From NCBI GenBank assembly GCA_902776285.1, contig CACYPK010000005.1:15405-79404 (forward strand): a stretch of DNA of 64,000 nt, in the 5' to 3' direction. This DNA comes from an uncultured Eubacteriales bacterium (lineage in GTDB: Bacteria; Bacillota; Clostridia; Peptostreptococcales; Anaerovoracaceae). The notes beneath the pieces were generated by a model. It made no database searches. It saw nothing but the letters and a program-made list of their open reading frames with translations, and was not told the origin of the DNA. A program made the position numbers and the translations under genes. Numbering within the stretch: the first letter of the stretch is position 1; every line of letters begins with the position of its first letter. Of this stretch, positions 8,943 to 17,977 are shown piece by piece.

Positions 8943-9721
8943 TGGATAAGCTCACAGTATCAGAACTCAATAAGGTTTTCAGCGCCAGGCAAGGCGATGT
9001 CACGGCCCTCAAAGATGTAAGCTTCTCAGTCAGAGAGTCGGAATTCGCCGTGATAGTCGGACCGTCCGGCTGCGGTAAGTCCACCCTGATAAACATTGTC
9101 GGCGGGCTCGAAGACAAGACATCCGGATCCGTAATGATAAGCGGACATGAGATATCCGGTCCCGGAGCCGACAGAGGCATGGTGTTCCAGAGTTACAGCC
9201 TGTTCCCGTGGCTTACGGTACAGAAGAACGTGGAATTCGGTCTCAAGATGAAAGGCGTGCCCGCAAAGGAACGCAGCGAGACCGCCCTGTCATATATCGA
9301 TATGGTGGGTCTGAACGCATTCAAGGACGCCCTTCCCGACCAGCTGTCCGGCGGCATGAAGCAGCGTGTAGCCATAGCAAGGACTCTGGCAAACGACCCT
9401 GAGATACTTCTTATGGACGAACCCTTCGGAGCCCTCGACGCGCAGACACGCATGCTCATGCAGGAATCGCTGGCGGATATAACCGGCCGCACGGGAAGCA
9501 CGGTCCTCTTCATAACACATGACATAGATGAAGCGATACTTCTGGGCGACCGAGTACTGGTGATGAGCCGCCGGCCGGGCACGATCAAGGCGGACATAGA
9601 TATAAAGCTCGACTGTAAAAGAAACCATGAAGCCCTTACGGATGAAGGTTTTATCAGGATAAAGAAACAAATAATGACATTGCTCTGGGAAGAGATGGAT
9701 GTGAAAGGAGAATCAAAATGA
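8942..9721 (+). CDS. ABC transporter ATP-binding protein (SsuB/TauB-like)
   Basis: Walker [10 protein letters not shown], signature LSGGMKQR and Walker B LLMDEPF are present. The GTG start overlaps the permease stop. Confidence 0.9.
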   Translation: MDKLTVSELNKVFSARQGDVTALKDVSFSVRESEFAVIVGPSGCGKSTLINIVGGLEDKTSGSVMISGHEISGPGADRGMVFQSYSLFPWLTVQKNVEFGLKMKGVPAKERSETALSYIDMVGLNAFKDALPDQLSGGMKQRVAIARTLANDPEILLMDEPFGALDAQTRMLMQESLADITGRTGSTVLFITHDIDEAILLGDRVLVMSRRPGTIKADIDIKLDCKRNHEALTDEGFIRIKKQIMTLLWEEMDVKGESK

Positions 9722-10716
9722 AGATGAAAAAGGTATTGGCACTTATTATCGCATCGGTCATGATGTTTGCTCTTGCCGCATGCGGGGGCGGAAGCGATAC
9801 ATCAGGTGACACCGGCGGAGGTGAGACCGAAAACAAGAAGATCACTATCGCCTTCTGTACCTGGGCCGGATACGCCCCTCTCTTCATAGCTCAGGAAAAA
9901 GGCTATTTTGAGGAATACGGCTATGAAGCTGACATACAGATCATCGAAGATGAATCGACCTATGGTTCGCTTTTCTCATCCGGATCCATCCAGGCTCTCG
10001 GGCAGGTGCTCGACAGAGATCTGGTGCAGTTCGCAGCAGGCGCGCCTGAAGCGTATGTCTGCACCATGGATGCTTCAACGGGCGGTGACGGACTGGTAGC
10101 AGCGGCGGGCATCAACTCCGTTGACGACCTCAAGGGAAAGAAAGTCGCTCTCGATAAATCCGCTACTTCCTACTACTTCTTCATGCAGGTGCTGAGCGAC
10201 AGCAACATCACTGAAGAAGACGTGGAGATCGTAGACATGGGCAATGACGAATCAGGTGAAGCTCTGCTGGCGGGCAATGTGGATGCCGCCGTCACATGGG
10301 AGCCTATCCTCAGCCAGTGCGCTGATCAGGGAACGCTTCTCGCTTCCTCAAAGGATTATGACAAGACCATAATAGACATCCTCACGGTATCGACAGACTT
10401 TGCGGCAGAGAATCCTGACATCTACGATGTGCTCACGGATTGCTGGAACAGATCCGTTGACTATCTGAACGAGAACTTCGATGAGGGATGTGAGATCATG
10501 GCCGCGGGTCTCGACCTTGAGGCAGAAGAAGTCAAAGAAGAATGCGCGGGCATAACATTCTACGACAAGGCGATGAACGACGCGTTCGCGGATACCTCAA
10601 AGGAAGAGAATGTATTCGAGGTAGCCAAGTCCATGGCGGCATTCTGGAAGGAAAAAGGCGAAATGGACGCTGAGGAAGATGACATAAAGGCATTCTTCCC
10701 TACAATGGGACTGTAG
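9718..10716 (+). CDS. ABC substrate-binding lipoprotein (NMT1/SsuA/TauA-like)
   Basis: A signal peptide with lipobox LAAC-GGGS is followed by a Gly/Ser/Thr linker. The fold pattern ([23 protein letters not shown]) is typical of NitT/TauT-family binding proteins. Confidence 0.8.
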   Translation: MKMKKVLALIIASVMMFALAACGGGSDTSGDTGGGETENKKITIAFCTWAGYAPLFIAQEKGYFEEYGYEADIQIIEDESTYGSLFSSGSIQALGQVLDRDLVQFAAGAPEAYVCTMDASTGGDGLVAAAGINSVDDLKGKKVALDKSATSYYFFMQVLSDSNITEEDVEIVDMGNDESGEALLAGNVDAAVTWEPILSQCADQGTLLASSKDYDKTIIDILTVSTDFAAENPDIYDVLTDCWNRSVDYLNENFDEGCEIMAAGLDLEAEEVKEECAGITFYDKAMNDAFADTSKEENVFEVAKSMAAFWKEKGEMDAEEDDIKAFFPTMGL

Positions 10717-10745
10717 GCTGAATCAACTGAAGCAATGTAACAGAA

Positions 10746-10786
10746 CAGCCCCGGAAGCCGTTATCAGGTTTCCGGGGCTGTTTATG
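10746..10786. terminator. Bidirectional intrinsic terminator between the ABC operon and the convergent LysR gene
   Basis: CAGCCCCGGAA (10746-10756) pairs with TTCCGGGGCTG (10770-10780). T-rich sequence follows on the + strand, and the A-rich flank gives a U-tract on the - strand. Confidence 0.85.
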
Positions 10787-10824
10787 AGGACTTTTACCTT
10801 TGATCTGCTATTTTGTTCCGGGTG

Positions 10825-11736
10825 TCACTTTAGATACCTGATGAAAGCCTGCTCGCGCTCAGTCAGTTTATAGCCGAGGGATGTTATGTAATATGCTTCG
10901 AGGTAGAGATCGGCGTCGCTTATCGGCAGGACAATGAATCCGTTTTCCAGCAATCCTTTGATAGCGGGAGACACAGGTTTCACCGACCTATTCTCCAGTA
11001 TTGGGTTTGACAAGACAGAGAGATAGTTTCCGCTCAGGATAGCATCATTGAATCCTGCCCGGTCCGACACTCTGAGCACCCTGCTGTGTTCATTGAGGCC
11101 AATGTGAGTGGCCAGAAAACTTTGTGAGCTCTCATCCGCGTAAGCAACATACGGATATGTCCTCATTTCGGATATTGTGACTGACTCCCTTGATGCCAGC
11201 TGGTGGCTTGCCGAAACGACTGCGTACAGACGGACAAAATCATAAAGAAGGTGCTGCGTCAGCCCGAGTTCCTGAAGTTTTCCAAAGTATTTTTCGCGCT
11301 TCTCTCCCGGAAAAACGATGAAACCCAGGCTGCTTTCACGGTTTACGACAGCATCCATTATCTCAAAATTACCCATCTCACGAAAAACATCTTCCACATC
11401 TTCATCCGATCCCGCGCGGAAATCAAGAAATCGCCGCATAAAGAAAGTCGAATAGTATGCCGCCACCCGGAGGCCTTTGCCTTTGTGGATGCCAATACTG
11501 TTGATCGCGCTGAGTTCTTCCATGATAACATGGGCGCGCTGGATGAATTCACTGCCGTTTTCAGTCAGCCCAATGCCTGTCTTGGTCCGTATGAAGATCT
11601 CATATCCCAACTCTTCTTCAAGTGATTTTATTAATCCGCTCAGGTATGGCTGCGATACGTTCAGATTGGCAGCTGCGCGGTTCATGGAGCCGCAACGTGC
11701 TATCTCTATAGCGCACTCAAGATGTCTGAATGTCAT
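10825..11736 (-). CDS. LysR-family transcriptional regulator
   Basis: MTFRHLECAIEIARCGSMNRAAANLNVSQPYLSGLIKSLEEELGYEIF is the LysR N-terminal wHTH. The start is placed at Met12 of the track ORF. Confidence 0.85.
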   Translation of the reverse strand: MTFRHLECAIEIARCGSMNRAAANLNVSQPYLSGLIKSLEEELGYEIFIRTKTGIGLTENGSEFIQRAHVIMEELSAINSIGIHKGKGLRVAAYYSTFFMRRFLDFRAGSDEDVEDVFREMGNFEIMDAVVNRESSLGFIVFPGEKREKYFGKLQELGLTQHLLYDFVRLYAVVSASHQLASRESVTISEMRTYPYVAYADESSQSFLATHIGLNEHSRVLRVSDRAGFNDAILSGNYLSVLSNPILENRSVKPVSPAIKGLLENGFIVLPISDADLYLEAYYITSLGYKLTEREQAFIRYLK

Positions 11737-11808
11737 TGTTTTCTCTTTCCTCTTCAACCGCTCCTTCAAATATATGAATGACCGGTATCGTACTTCCGCT
11801 CAATGCTT

Positions 11809-11837
11809 ATGATATAACAAATTGGTTATATCAGCAA
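11809..11837 (-). promoter_or_regulatory. Candidate promoter of the LysR gene with an embedded perfect inverted repeat
   Basis: On the minus strand: TTGCTG (11832-11837), 17 nt, then TATCAT (11809-11814). The spacer carries GATATAAC-N6-GTTATATC (11811-11832), an 8-bp perfect dyad. Confidence 0.5.
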
Positions 11838-11877
11838 AGCATTTTGGGATTATCGATTATTACTATTCTCATATACA

Positions 11878-11923
11878 ATCAAAATCGGTGGGGGAAGAAA
11901 GCAACCTTCCGCTCCCCCCACCG
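11878..11923 (-). terminator. Strong minus-strand intrinsic terminator
   Basis: On the minus strand the sequence is CGGTGGGGGGAGCGGAAGGTTGCTTTCTTCCCCCACCG followed by ATTTTGATT. The 9-bp G/C stem is 11886-11894 paired with 11914-11923. Confidence 0.85.
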
Positions 11924-12213
11924 ACAGGCAGGCCTCCTACCCCTCTAATATCCTTACGAGGGCGGTTCCTGCACACCGCTCGCGTAACAGGTGCCTCACC
12001 AAGCTCAATGGGTTTTAGCACTGATTTGTCACCGGATGCGTCTCTGTGGTCTGCCTTATGAAAAACAGCACATCCGGCAATATACGGTCTGGGCCGTACA
12101 CTCTCTTTACGATATTAATTTGTTTTCCAGAGCAATAGTCCGGGTTGCTGCCCAGCCCGTCATGACATCTTTCTGTTATGTTGAATATCCCCTGTTTCAA
12201 ATATCCCATTCGT
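11924..12213 (-). ncRNA. Unclassified structured RNA region: either the carB 3' UTR or an independent sRNA
   Basis: A 290-nt non-coding stretch lies between the carB stop (12214) and the terminator above. It has several helices, including CCGGATG/CATCCGG, TACGG/CCGTA, TTACGCGAGCGGT/ACCGCCCTCGTAA and AGGCAG/CTGCCT. It has no convincing ORF and none of the RNase P, SRP, tmRNA or riboswitch core motifs I know. Confidence 0.3.
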
Positions 12214-15200
12214 TCAGGCGTCTATTGTTGAAATAGTCTGTGTTGTTTCTTCGAGTACGTCGAGGAGCACGCTGACCGTATCGAGCGAGGTAAAGAGCGT
12301 CGCGTTGTTTTCACTCGCGCACTGCCTTATCAGAGCTCCGTCGTTCGCGGTAACGTGGTCACCCACCTTTCTCGTATTCAGGATATACGCGATATGGCCT
12401 TTGCGGATCGCTTCAAGGATCTCATCAGAGCCCTCGCTTATCTTTTTCATCTCGCGCGTCCTTACGCCGTTCTCTCTGAGGAAGGCGGCAGTGCCGCGGG
12501 TCGCCTCAATATTGAATCCCAGATTGTAGAACCTCTTTATCAGAGGAAGCGCCTCCGCTTTGTCATCTCCGGCAAGCGTCGCCAGCACGGTACCGTAGTT
12601 GCGCAGTTTTGTTCCGGACGCGGTAAGAGCCTTGTAGAGCGCGCGGTTCAACTTGTTGTCGTAGCCTATCGCCTCTCCTGTGGACTTCATCTCAGGCGAG
12701 AGATATGTGTCGAGTCCCTTTATCTTGTTGAAGCTGAATACAGGGACCTTTACATAAAATCTCTTCTTCTCTTCAGGATAGAGGTCGAATATGCCCTGTT
12801 CCTTCAGCGATTTGCCCAGAATAGCCTCCGTAGCAATATCCGCGAGGCTGTATCCGGTAGCTTTTGAAAGGAACGGGACCGTTCTGGACGATCTCGGGTT
12901 AACCTCGATGATGAATACATCGTCATTCTCGTCAACGATGAACTGGATGTTGTAAAGCCCGATTATGCCAATGCCCTTCCCGAGCTTTTTAGCGTACTGC
13001 AGTATGAGGCCTTTCACTTTGTTGCTTATCGAGTATGCCGGGTAGACCGAGATCGAATCTCCTGAGTGGATACCTGTCCTTTCAACAAGTTCCATGATCC
13101 CCGGAACAAAGACGTCCCGCCCGTCACATATGGCGTCGATCTCGACTTCCTTGCCGAGTATATACTTGTCTACCAGAACAGGCTTGTCCTCGTCGATCTC
13201 TACCGCGGTCTTCAGGTACTGCCTGAGCTGAGCCTCATCACCCACTATCTGCATGGCGCGTCCGCCGAGTACAAATGACGGCCTTACCAAGACAGGATAG
13301 CCTATCTCAGCCGCTGCCCTGACTCCGTCTTCGATCTTAGTGACAGCGCGTCCCGGTGGCTGCGGAATACCGAGTTCCTCCAGTACCTTTTCGAATCTGT
13401 CTCTGTTCTCCGCCCTGTCGATGGCTTCGCAGTCCGTTCCGATAAGCTTCACGCCCCTCTCCATAAGCGGCTCTGCCAGGTTTATGGCAGTCTGGCCTCC
13501 GAGTGTCGCGATGACTCCCTCGGGCTGCTCAAAGTCGACTATGGCCATGACGTCTTCTGCTGTGAGCGGCTCAAAGTAGAGCTTGTCAGCAGTGGTGTAG
13601 TCTGTCGAAACTGTTTCAGGGTTGTTGTTTATAATGATCGCTTCGTATCCGGCGCGCCTGATGGTCTGCACGGCGTGTACTGTCGAGTAGTCGAATTCAA
13701 CGCCCTGGCCTATCCTTATAGGGCCGGCTCCGAGCACGATGATCTTTTTCTTGTCCGTGAGCCTGGACTCGTTCTTTCCCGTATAAGAGGAGTACAGATA
13801 CGCTATGTACTTGCCTGTATGCAGCGTGTCTACCATCCTGAACACAGGCACGATGCCGTTCTCTTTCCTCTTCTGATAAATCTCAGTCTCGCTGAGGTCC
13901 CAGAGCAGCGCGATCTCCTTATCTGAAAAGCCCATTATCTTGGCGGCTTTGAGAGTTTTGATGTCGTTCACGCGCTCCTTCAGGGTCTTCTCCATGTCAA
14001 CTATGGAACTGAACGCCTCTAGGAATATCTCCGTGATCATAGTAACATCATGTATTTCCGCTATGCTGACCCCGCGTCTGAGAAGCTCCGCGATGGCATA
14101 CATATTGTCGTCACGGAATTCGGAAATGTACTCCATCAGGCTGTCGCGGCTCATTCCGTCGAACTTGGCAAGATGCAGATGGCATACTCCGGTCTCGAGC
14201 GACCTTATCGACTTCAGAAAGCTCTCCGTCAGAGTAGATCCTATTCCCATCACCTCTCCGGTAGCTTTCATCTGGGTTCCGAGCACATTGGTCGCGTCAC
14301 TGAATTTATCGAACGGGAATCTCGGGAACTTGGCGACTATGTAATCGAGCGAAGGCTCTGTTGAAGCGAGGCCTCCTGCTACTTCTATCTCGTCGAGAGT
14401 CATGCCCATGGCTATCTTCGCCGTTACCCTTGCGATAGGATAGCCCGACGCCTTTGACGCGAGCGCGGATGACCTTGATACCCTCGGATTTACCTCTATA
14501 AGGTAGTACTCGCTCGTTTCCGGATGCAGGGCAAACTGAACATTGCAGCCGCCCTCGATCCTGAGCTCCCTGATGATTTTTATAGCCGAGTCATTGAGCA
14601 TTTTAAGATCGTGATCGTTCAGGGACAGTATAGGAGCGACCACTATGGAGTCGCCGGTGTGTACGCCTACAGGATCGACATTTTCCATGCCGCAGATAGT
14701 GATGGCCTTGTCGGTGCCGTCGCGCATCACCTCAAATTCTATTTCCTTGAATCCCTTTACGGATTTCTCTATCAGGACCTGATGTACAGGGGAAAGATTG
14801 AATGCCTTGATACCGATATCCTCGAGTTCTTCTTCATTATTGGCGAAGCCTCCTCCGGTGCCGCCAAGCGTGAATGCCGGTCTTAGCACCACAGGATAAC
14901 CTATCTCCCTTGCAGCGCGTTTTGCCTCATCGATGCTGTAAGTGATCTCGCTTGGGATCACGGGCTCGCCTATCGACTCGCACATCTCTTTAAAGAGTTC
15001 TCTGTCTTCAGCTCTCTCTATGGAGTCCGCTGGAGTTCCGAGGAGCTTGACCCTGCACTCAGCGAGAACGCCCTTTCGGTCGAGCTGCATCGCTAGATTC
15101 AGTCCTGTCTGGCCGCCGATCCCAGGAACGATGGCGTCAGGTCTCTCGTATCTGAGGATCTTCGCAACGTATTCAAGAGTAAGCGGCTCCATATAGACCT

Positions 15201-15387
15201 TGTCCGCGATGGACGTGTCAGTCATGATCGTTGCCGGGTTGGAGTTGCAGAGGATCACCTCATACCCTTCCTCCTTCAGCGCAAGACAGGCCTGAGTGCC
15301 CGCATAGTCAAACTCCGCCGCCTGACCGATGACGATCGGGCCGCTTCCTATAATAAGTACTTTCTTGATATCTTCTCTTTTTGCCAT
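12214..15387 (-). CDS. carB: Carbamoyl-phosphate synthase large subunit
   Basis: MAKREDIKKVLIIGSGPIVIGQAAEFDYAGTQA begins two ATP-grasp halves followed by a C-terminal MGS-like domain, 1057 aa in total. The start is at ATG 15387 (Met17 of the track ORF). Confidence 0.95.
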   Translation of the reverse strand: MAKREDIKKVLIIGSGPIVIGQAAEFDYAGTQACLALKEEGYEVILCNSNPATIMTDTSIADKVYMEPLTLEYVAKILRYERPDAIVPGIGGQTGLNLAMQLDRKGVLAECRVKLLGTPADSIERAEDRELFKEMCESIGEPVIPSEITYSIDEAKRAAREIGYPVVLRPAFTLGGTGGGFANNEEELEDIGIKAFNLSPVHQVLIEKSVKGFKEIEFEVMRDGTDKAITICGMENVDPVGVHTGDSIVVAPILSLNDHDLKMLNDSAIKIIRELRIEGGCNVQFALHPETSEYYLIEVNPRVSRSSALASKASGYPIARVTAKIAMGMTLDEIEVAGGLASTEPSLDYIVAKFPRFPFDKFSDATNVLGTQMKATGEVMGIGSTLTESFLKSIRSLETGVCHLHLAKFDGMSRDSLMEYISEFRDDNMYAIAELLRRGVSIAEIHDVTMITEIFLEAFSSIVDMEKTLKERVNDIKTLKAAKIMGFSDKEIALLWDLSETEIYQKRKENGIVPVFRMVDTLHTGKYIAYLYSSYTGKNESRLTDKKKIIVLGAGPIRIGQGVEFDYSTVHAVQTIRRAGYEAIIINNNPETVSTDYTTADKLYFEPLTAEDVMAIVDFEQPEGVIATLGGQTAINLAEPLMERGVKLIGTDCEAIDRAENRDRFEKVLEELGIPQPPGRAVTKIEDGVRAAAEIGYPVLVRPSFVLGGRAMQIVGDEAQLRQYLKTAVEIDEDKPVLVDKYILGKEVEIDAICDGRDVFVPGIMELVERTGIHSGDSISVYPAYSISNKVKGLILQYAKKLGKGIGIIGLYNIQFIVDENDDVFIIEVNPRSSRTVPFLSKATGYSLADIATEAILGKSLKEQGIFDLYPEEKKRFYVKVPVFSFNKIKGLDTYLSPEMKSTGEAIGYDNKLNRALYKALTASGTKLRNYGTVLATLAGDDKAEALPLIKRFYNLGFNIEATRGTAAFLRENGVRTREMKKISEGSDEILEAIRKGHIAYILNTRKVGDHVTANDGALIRQCASENNATLFTSLDTVSVLLDVLEETTQTISTIDA

Positions 15388-15461
15388 TGTGATCTTTCTA
15401 TTTTCTGCGCTGCGTAAACCCGGTCGCGCAGACATTGTTTGCCTATTATCTAAAATATTGC

Positions 15462-16739
15462 CTAAAACTCAAGCGCCTGCCGTATATCCTCGATCAGGTC
15501 TTCTTTATCTTCGAGTCCGCAGGACATTCTTACAAGACCTGCAGGAATGCCTGCAGCCTGAAGCTGCTCATCCGTCATCTGGCGGTGTGTTGACGTAGCC
15601 GGATTCAGGCAGCATGTCCTTGCGTCAGCAACATGAGTCTCGATTGCGGCAAGTCTGAGACGTCCCATGAACTTCTCTGCAGCCTGTCTGTCTTCAAGTT
15701 CGAACGAAACGACTCCGCATCCGCCGTCAGGCAAATACTTCTGTGCGATCTCATAATACGGATCTCCCGGGAGTCCGGAATAGCTTACCTTCTTTACCTT
15801 AGGATGGTCATTAAGGAATTCTGCAACAGCCTGCCCGTTCTCTACATGCTTAGGCATGCGCACATGAAGCGACTCAAGGCCCAGATTAAGCAGGAAAGCG
15901 TTCTGCGGCGACTGAATGCTGCCGAAATCTCTCATAAGCTGTGAAGTCGCCTTTGTTATAAAGGCTCCTTCATTTCCGAACTTCTCGGCATAGATGATGC
16001 CATGATAGGAATCGTCCGGAGTAGTGAGGCCCGGGAACTTGTCCTTATGCGCCATCCAGTCAAACTTGCCTGAATCGATGATTGCTCCGCCGACTGCGGC
16101 GCCGTGTCCGTCAAGATACTTGGTCGTGGAATGCGTAACGATATCCGCTCCCCACTCGATCGGTCTGCAGTTGACCGGTGTCGGGAAAGTATTGTCTACG
16201 ATAAGAGGCACGCCGTGCTCATGCGCGGGCTTTGCGAACTTCTCGATGTCCAGGACAGTCAGGGCCGGATTGGCAATAGTTTCGCCGAAAACCGCTTTTG
16301 TATTATCCCGGAATGCCGCGTTCAGTTCCTCCTCTGTGCAGTCCGGAGATACGAAAGTCGCTGAGATCCCCATCTTCGCCATGGTAACTGAGATCAGATT
16401 GAATGTGCCTCCGTAGATCGATGCTGAAGAAACGATGTGATCCCCTGATTCACAGATATTGAACAAAGAAAAGAAATTCGCTGCCTGACCGGATGATGTA
16501 AGCATGGCTGCTGTGCCGCCCTCAAGAACCGCGAGCTTGGCTGCTACCATGTCGTTAGTCGGATTCTGAAGTCTGGTGTAAAAATAACCCGATGCCTCCA
16601 GGTCGAACAGCTTGCCCATGTCCTCACTGGTATCGTATTTGAAAGTCGTTGACTGTATGATCGGGATCTGCCTTGGTTCCCCGTTACCCGGTGTATAGCC
16701 AGCCTGAACACATTGTGTGCCGAGTTTGTAATCCTTCAT
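15462..16739 (-). CDS. metY: O-acetylhomoserine sulfhydrylase (PLP-dependent, Cys/Met metabolism family)
   Basis: 425 aa with QSTTFKYD...YTRLQNPT...HSTTKYLDGHG, including the PLP-lysine motif. This is typical of MetY/MetZ. Confidence 0.9.
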   Translation of the reverse strand: MKDYKLGTQCVQAGYTPGNGEPRQIPIIQSTTFKYDTSEDMGKLFDLEASGYFYTRLQNPTNDMVAAKLAVLEGGTAAMLTSSGQAANFFSLFNICESGDHIVSSASIYGGTFNLISVTMAKMGISATFVSPDCTEEELNAAFRDNTKAVFGETIANPALTVLDIEKFAKPAHEHGVPLIVDNTFPTPVNCRPIEWGADIVTHSTTKYLDGHGAAVGGAIIDSGKFDWMAHKDKFPGLTTPDDSYHGIIYAEKFGNEGAFITKATSQLMRDFGSIQSPQNAFLLNLGLESLHVRMPKHVENGQAVAEFLNDHPKVKKVSYSGLPGDPYYEIAQKYLPDGGCGVVSFELEDRQAAEKFMGRLRLAAIETHVADARTCCLNPATSTHRQMTDEQLQAAGIPAGLVRMSCGLEDKEDLIEDIRQALEF

Positions 16740-16775
16740 ATTCTCTGATACCTCCCTTTTTATTTCACGATAAAA

Positions 16776-16804
16776 ATCATACTTAATAAACCGGGATCAT
16801 GCAA
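16776..16804 (-). promoter_or_regulatory. Candidate metY promoter
   Basis: On the minus strand: TTGCAT (16799-16804), 17 nt, then TATGAT (16776-16781). This leaves only a ~30-nt leader. Confidence 0.5.
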
Positions 16805-16837
16805 GTGAACGGACTTTGTTTTTACAGCAAATATCAT

Positions 16838-16867
16838 TTGACAGCGCGCGAGGCAGCATAATATCAT
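16838..16867 (+). promoter_or_regulatory. Candidate metA promoter
   Basis: TTGACA (16838-16843) is followed by an AT-rich -10 window, CATAATATCAT (16857-16867). The exact -10 hexamer is ambiguous. Confidence 0.4.
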
Positions 16868-16941
16868 TATTGAGTCGGTTTCAGGCATCGGAAATGCCCG
16901 GACCGGCATTATTTCCCGCATAATGGGTACAGGAGACGCAA

Positions 16942-17898
16942 ATGCCGATAAAGATACAGAACGATCTTCCGGTCAAGAAGATACTGGAGGATGAGAATAT
17001 ATTTGTAATGGATGAGAGCCGGGCGGTCTCTCAGGATATAAGGCCGCTGGAGATCGCCATACTCAATCTCATGCCGCTGAAGGAGGATACCGAGCTTGAC
17101 ATACTCAGGGTCCTCTCGAACTTCCCTATACAGCTGGAGATCACCTTCCTGACTACCGCGACCCACCGCGGAAGCCATGTAGACATTTCTCATCTCAACA
17201 AGTTCTATCAGACTTTCGATGATGTCAAACACAGGAATTTTGACGGGCTGATCATCACAGGCGCGCCGGTGGAACAGCTGGAATTTGAGGAAGTAACATA
17301 CTGGGATGAGCTTTGCCGGATATTTGAATGGTCTAAGGCCCATGTGTATTCCACATTCCACATCTGCTGGGGTGCCCAGGCCGGACTGTATTACCACTAC
17401 GGCATACAGAAGCGGCAGCTTCCCGCGAAGCTGAGCGGTGTGTATCTGCACCGTGTCATCCACAGAAAGAAGATCCTCATGCGGGGGATGGATGACGAGT
17501 TCTACGTCCCTCAGTCGAGATATACGGGATTGGATGAAGAGAAAGTCAGAAGCAATCCGGAGCTTTATGTGGTTGCTGACAGTCCTGAAGCCGGAAGCTA
17601 TCTTATCCTCGCAAACTCATCAAGACAGGTATTTGTTACAGGGCACTCGGAATATGACAGATATGATCTGGATAAAGAATACAAGCGGGATCTTGCCAAA
17701 GGCCTGAATCCGGATATACCGGTCAACTACTATCCTGACGATGATTCGGCTCAGGAGCCGATCCTTTCCTGGCGTTCCAGTTCCAACTGCACCTATACCA
17801 ACTGGCTCAATCTGGTATATCAGGACACGCCATACGACCTTAACAAGCTGAGACCTGTCGAAGAGGACAGCTACCTCATAAAGAACACATTGGAATAA
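16942..17898 (+). CDS. metA: Homoserine O-acyltransferase, MetA family
   Basis: MPIKIQNDLPVKKILEDENIFVMDESRAVSQDIRPLEIAILNLMP... plus the ICWGAQ active-site Cys region. It is divergent from metY. Confidence 0.9.
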   Translation: MPIKIQNDLPVKKILEDENIFVMDESRAVSQDIRPLEIAILNLMPLKEDTELDILRVLSNFPIQLEITFLTTATHRGSHVDISHLNKFYQTFDDVKHRNFDGLIITGAPVEQLEFEEVTYWDELCRIFEWSKAHVYSTFHICWGAQAGLYYHYGIQKRQLPAKLSGVYLHRVIHRKKILMRGMDDEFYVPQSRYTGLDEEKVRSNPELYVVADSPEAGSYLILANSSRQVFVTGHSEYDRYDLDKEYKRDLAKGLNPDIPVNYYPDDDSAQEPILSWRSSSNCTYTNWLNLVYQDTPYDLNKLRPVEEDSYLIKNTLE

Positions 17899-17913
17899 TC
17901 AAAACAAGAACAC

Positions 17914-17962
17914 AAAAGCGCCGGAGCAGTAATTAATGTATCGCTCCGGCGCATTTGTTTTA
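17914..17962. terminator. Bidirectional intrinsic terminator between metA and guaA
   Basis: GCGCCGGAGC (17918-17927) pairs with GCTCCGGCGC (17943-17952). It is flanked by AAAA on the 5' side and TTTGTTTT on the 3' side. Confidence 0.85.
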
Positions 17963-17977
17963 CTTTTTTCCTGATAA

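Noticed and set aside
11924-12213. Identification of the carB-downstream structured region as RNase P RNA, SRP RNA, tmRNA or 6S RNA.
   Set aside because: The only RNase P-like string (ATAGTCCGGGTTGC) is on the + strand, and a full RNase P there would have to run into carB coding sequence. There is no SRP domain IV motif (GGAAGGAAGCAGC-like), no tmRNA tag ORF or CCA-proximal T-arm, and 6S cannot be judged by eye. It is kept only as an unclassified candidate.
16740-16941. A SAM riboswitch or T-box in the divergent metY/metA control region. I also considered a T-box upstream of metG (56722-57057).
   Set aside because: The predicted metY promoter leaves only a ~30-nt leader. The ~65-nt metA leader has small hairpins but none of the SAM-I/II/III core motifs. 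The region upstream of metG is occupied by a small ORF and is too short for a T-box, and no T-box sequence (AANNNGGGTGGTACCGCG-like) is present.
16909-17463. A 184-aa minus-strand ORF overlapping the start of metA.
   Set aside because: It is fully antisense to the well-supported metA gene. It has no RBS or recognisable domain, and it would collide with both divergent promoters.
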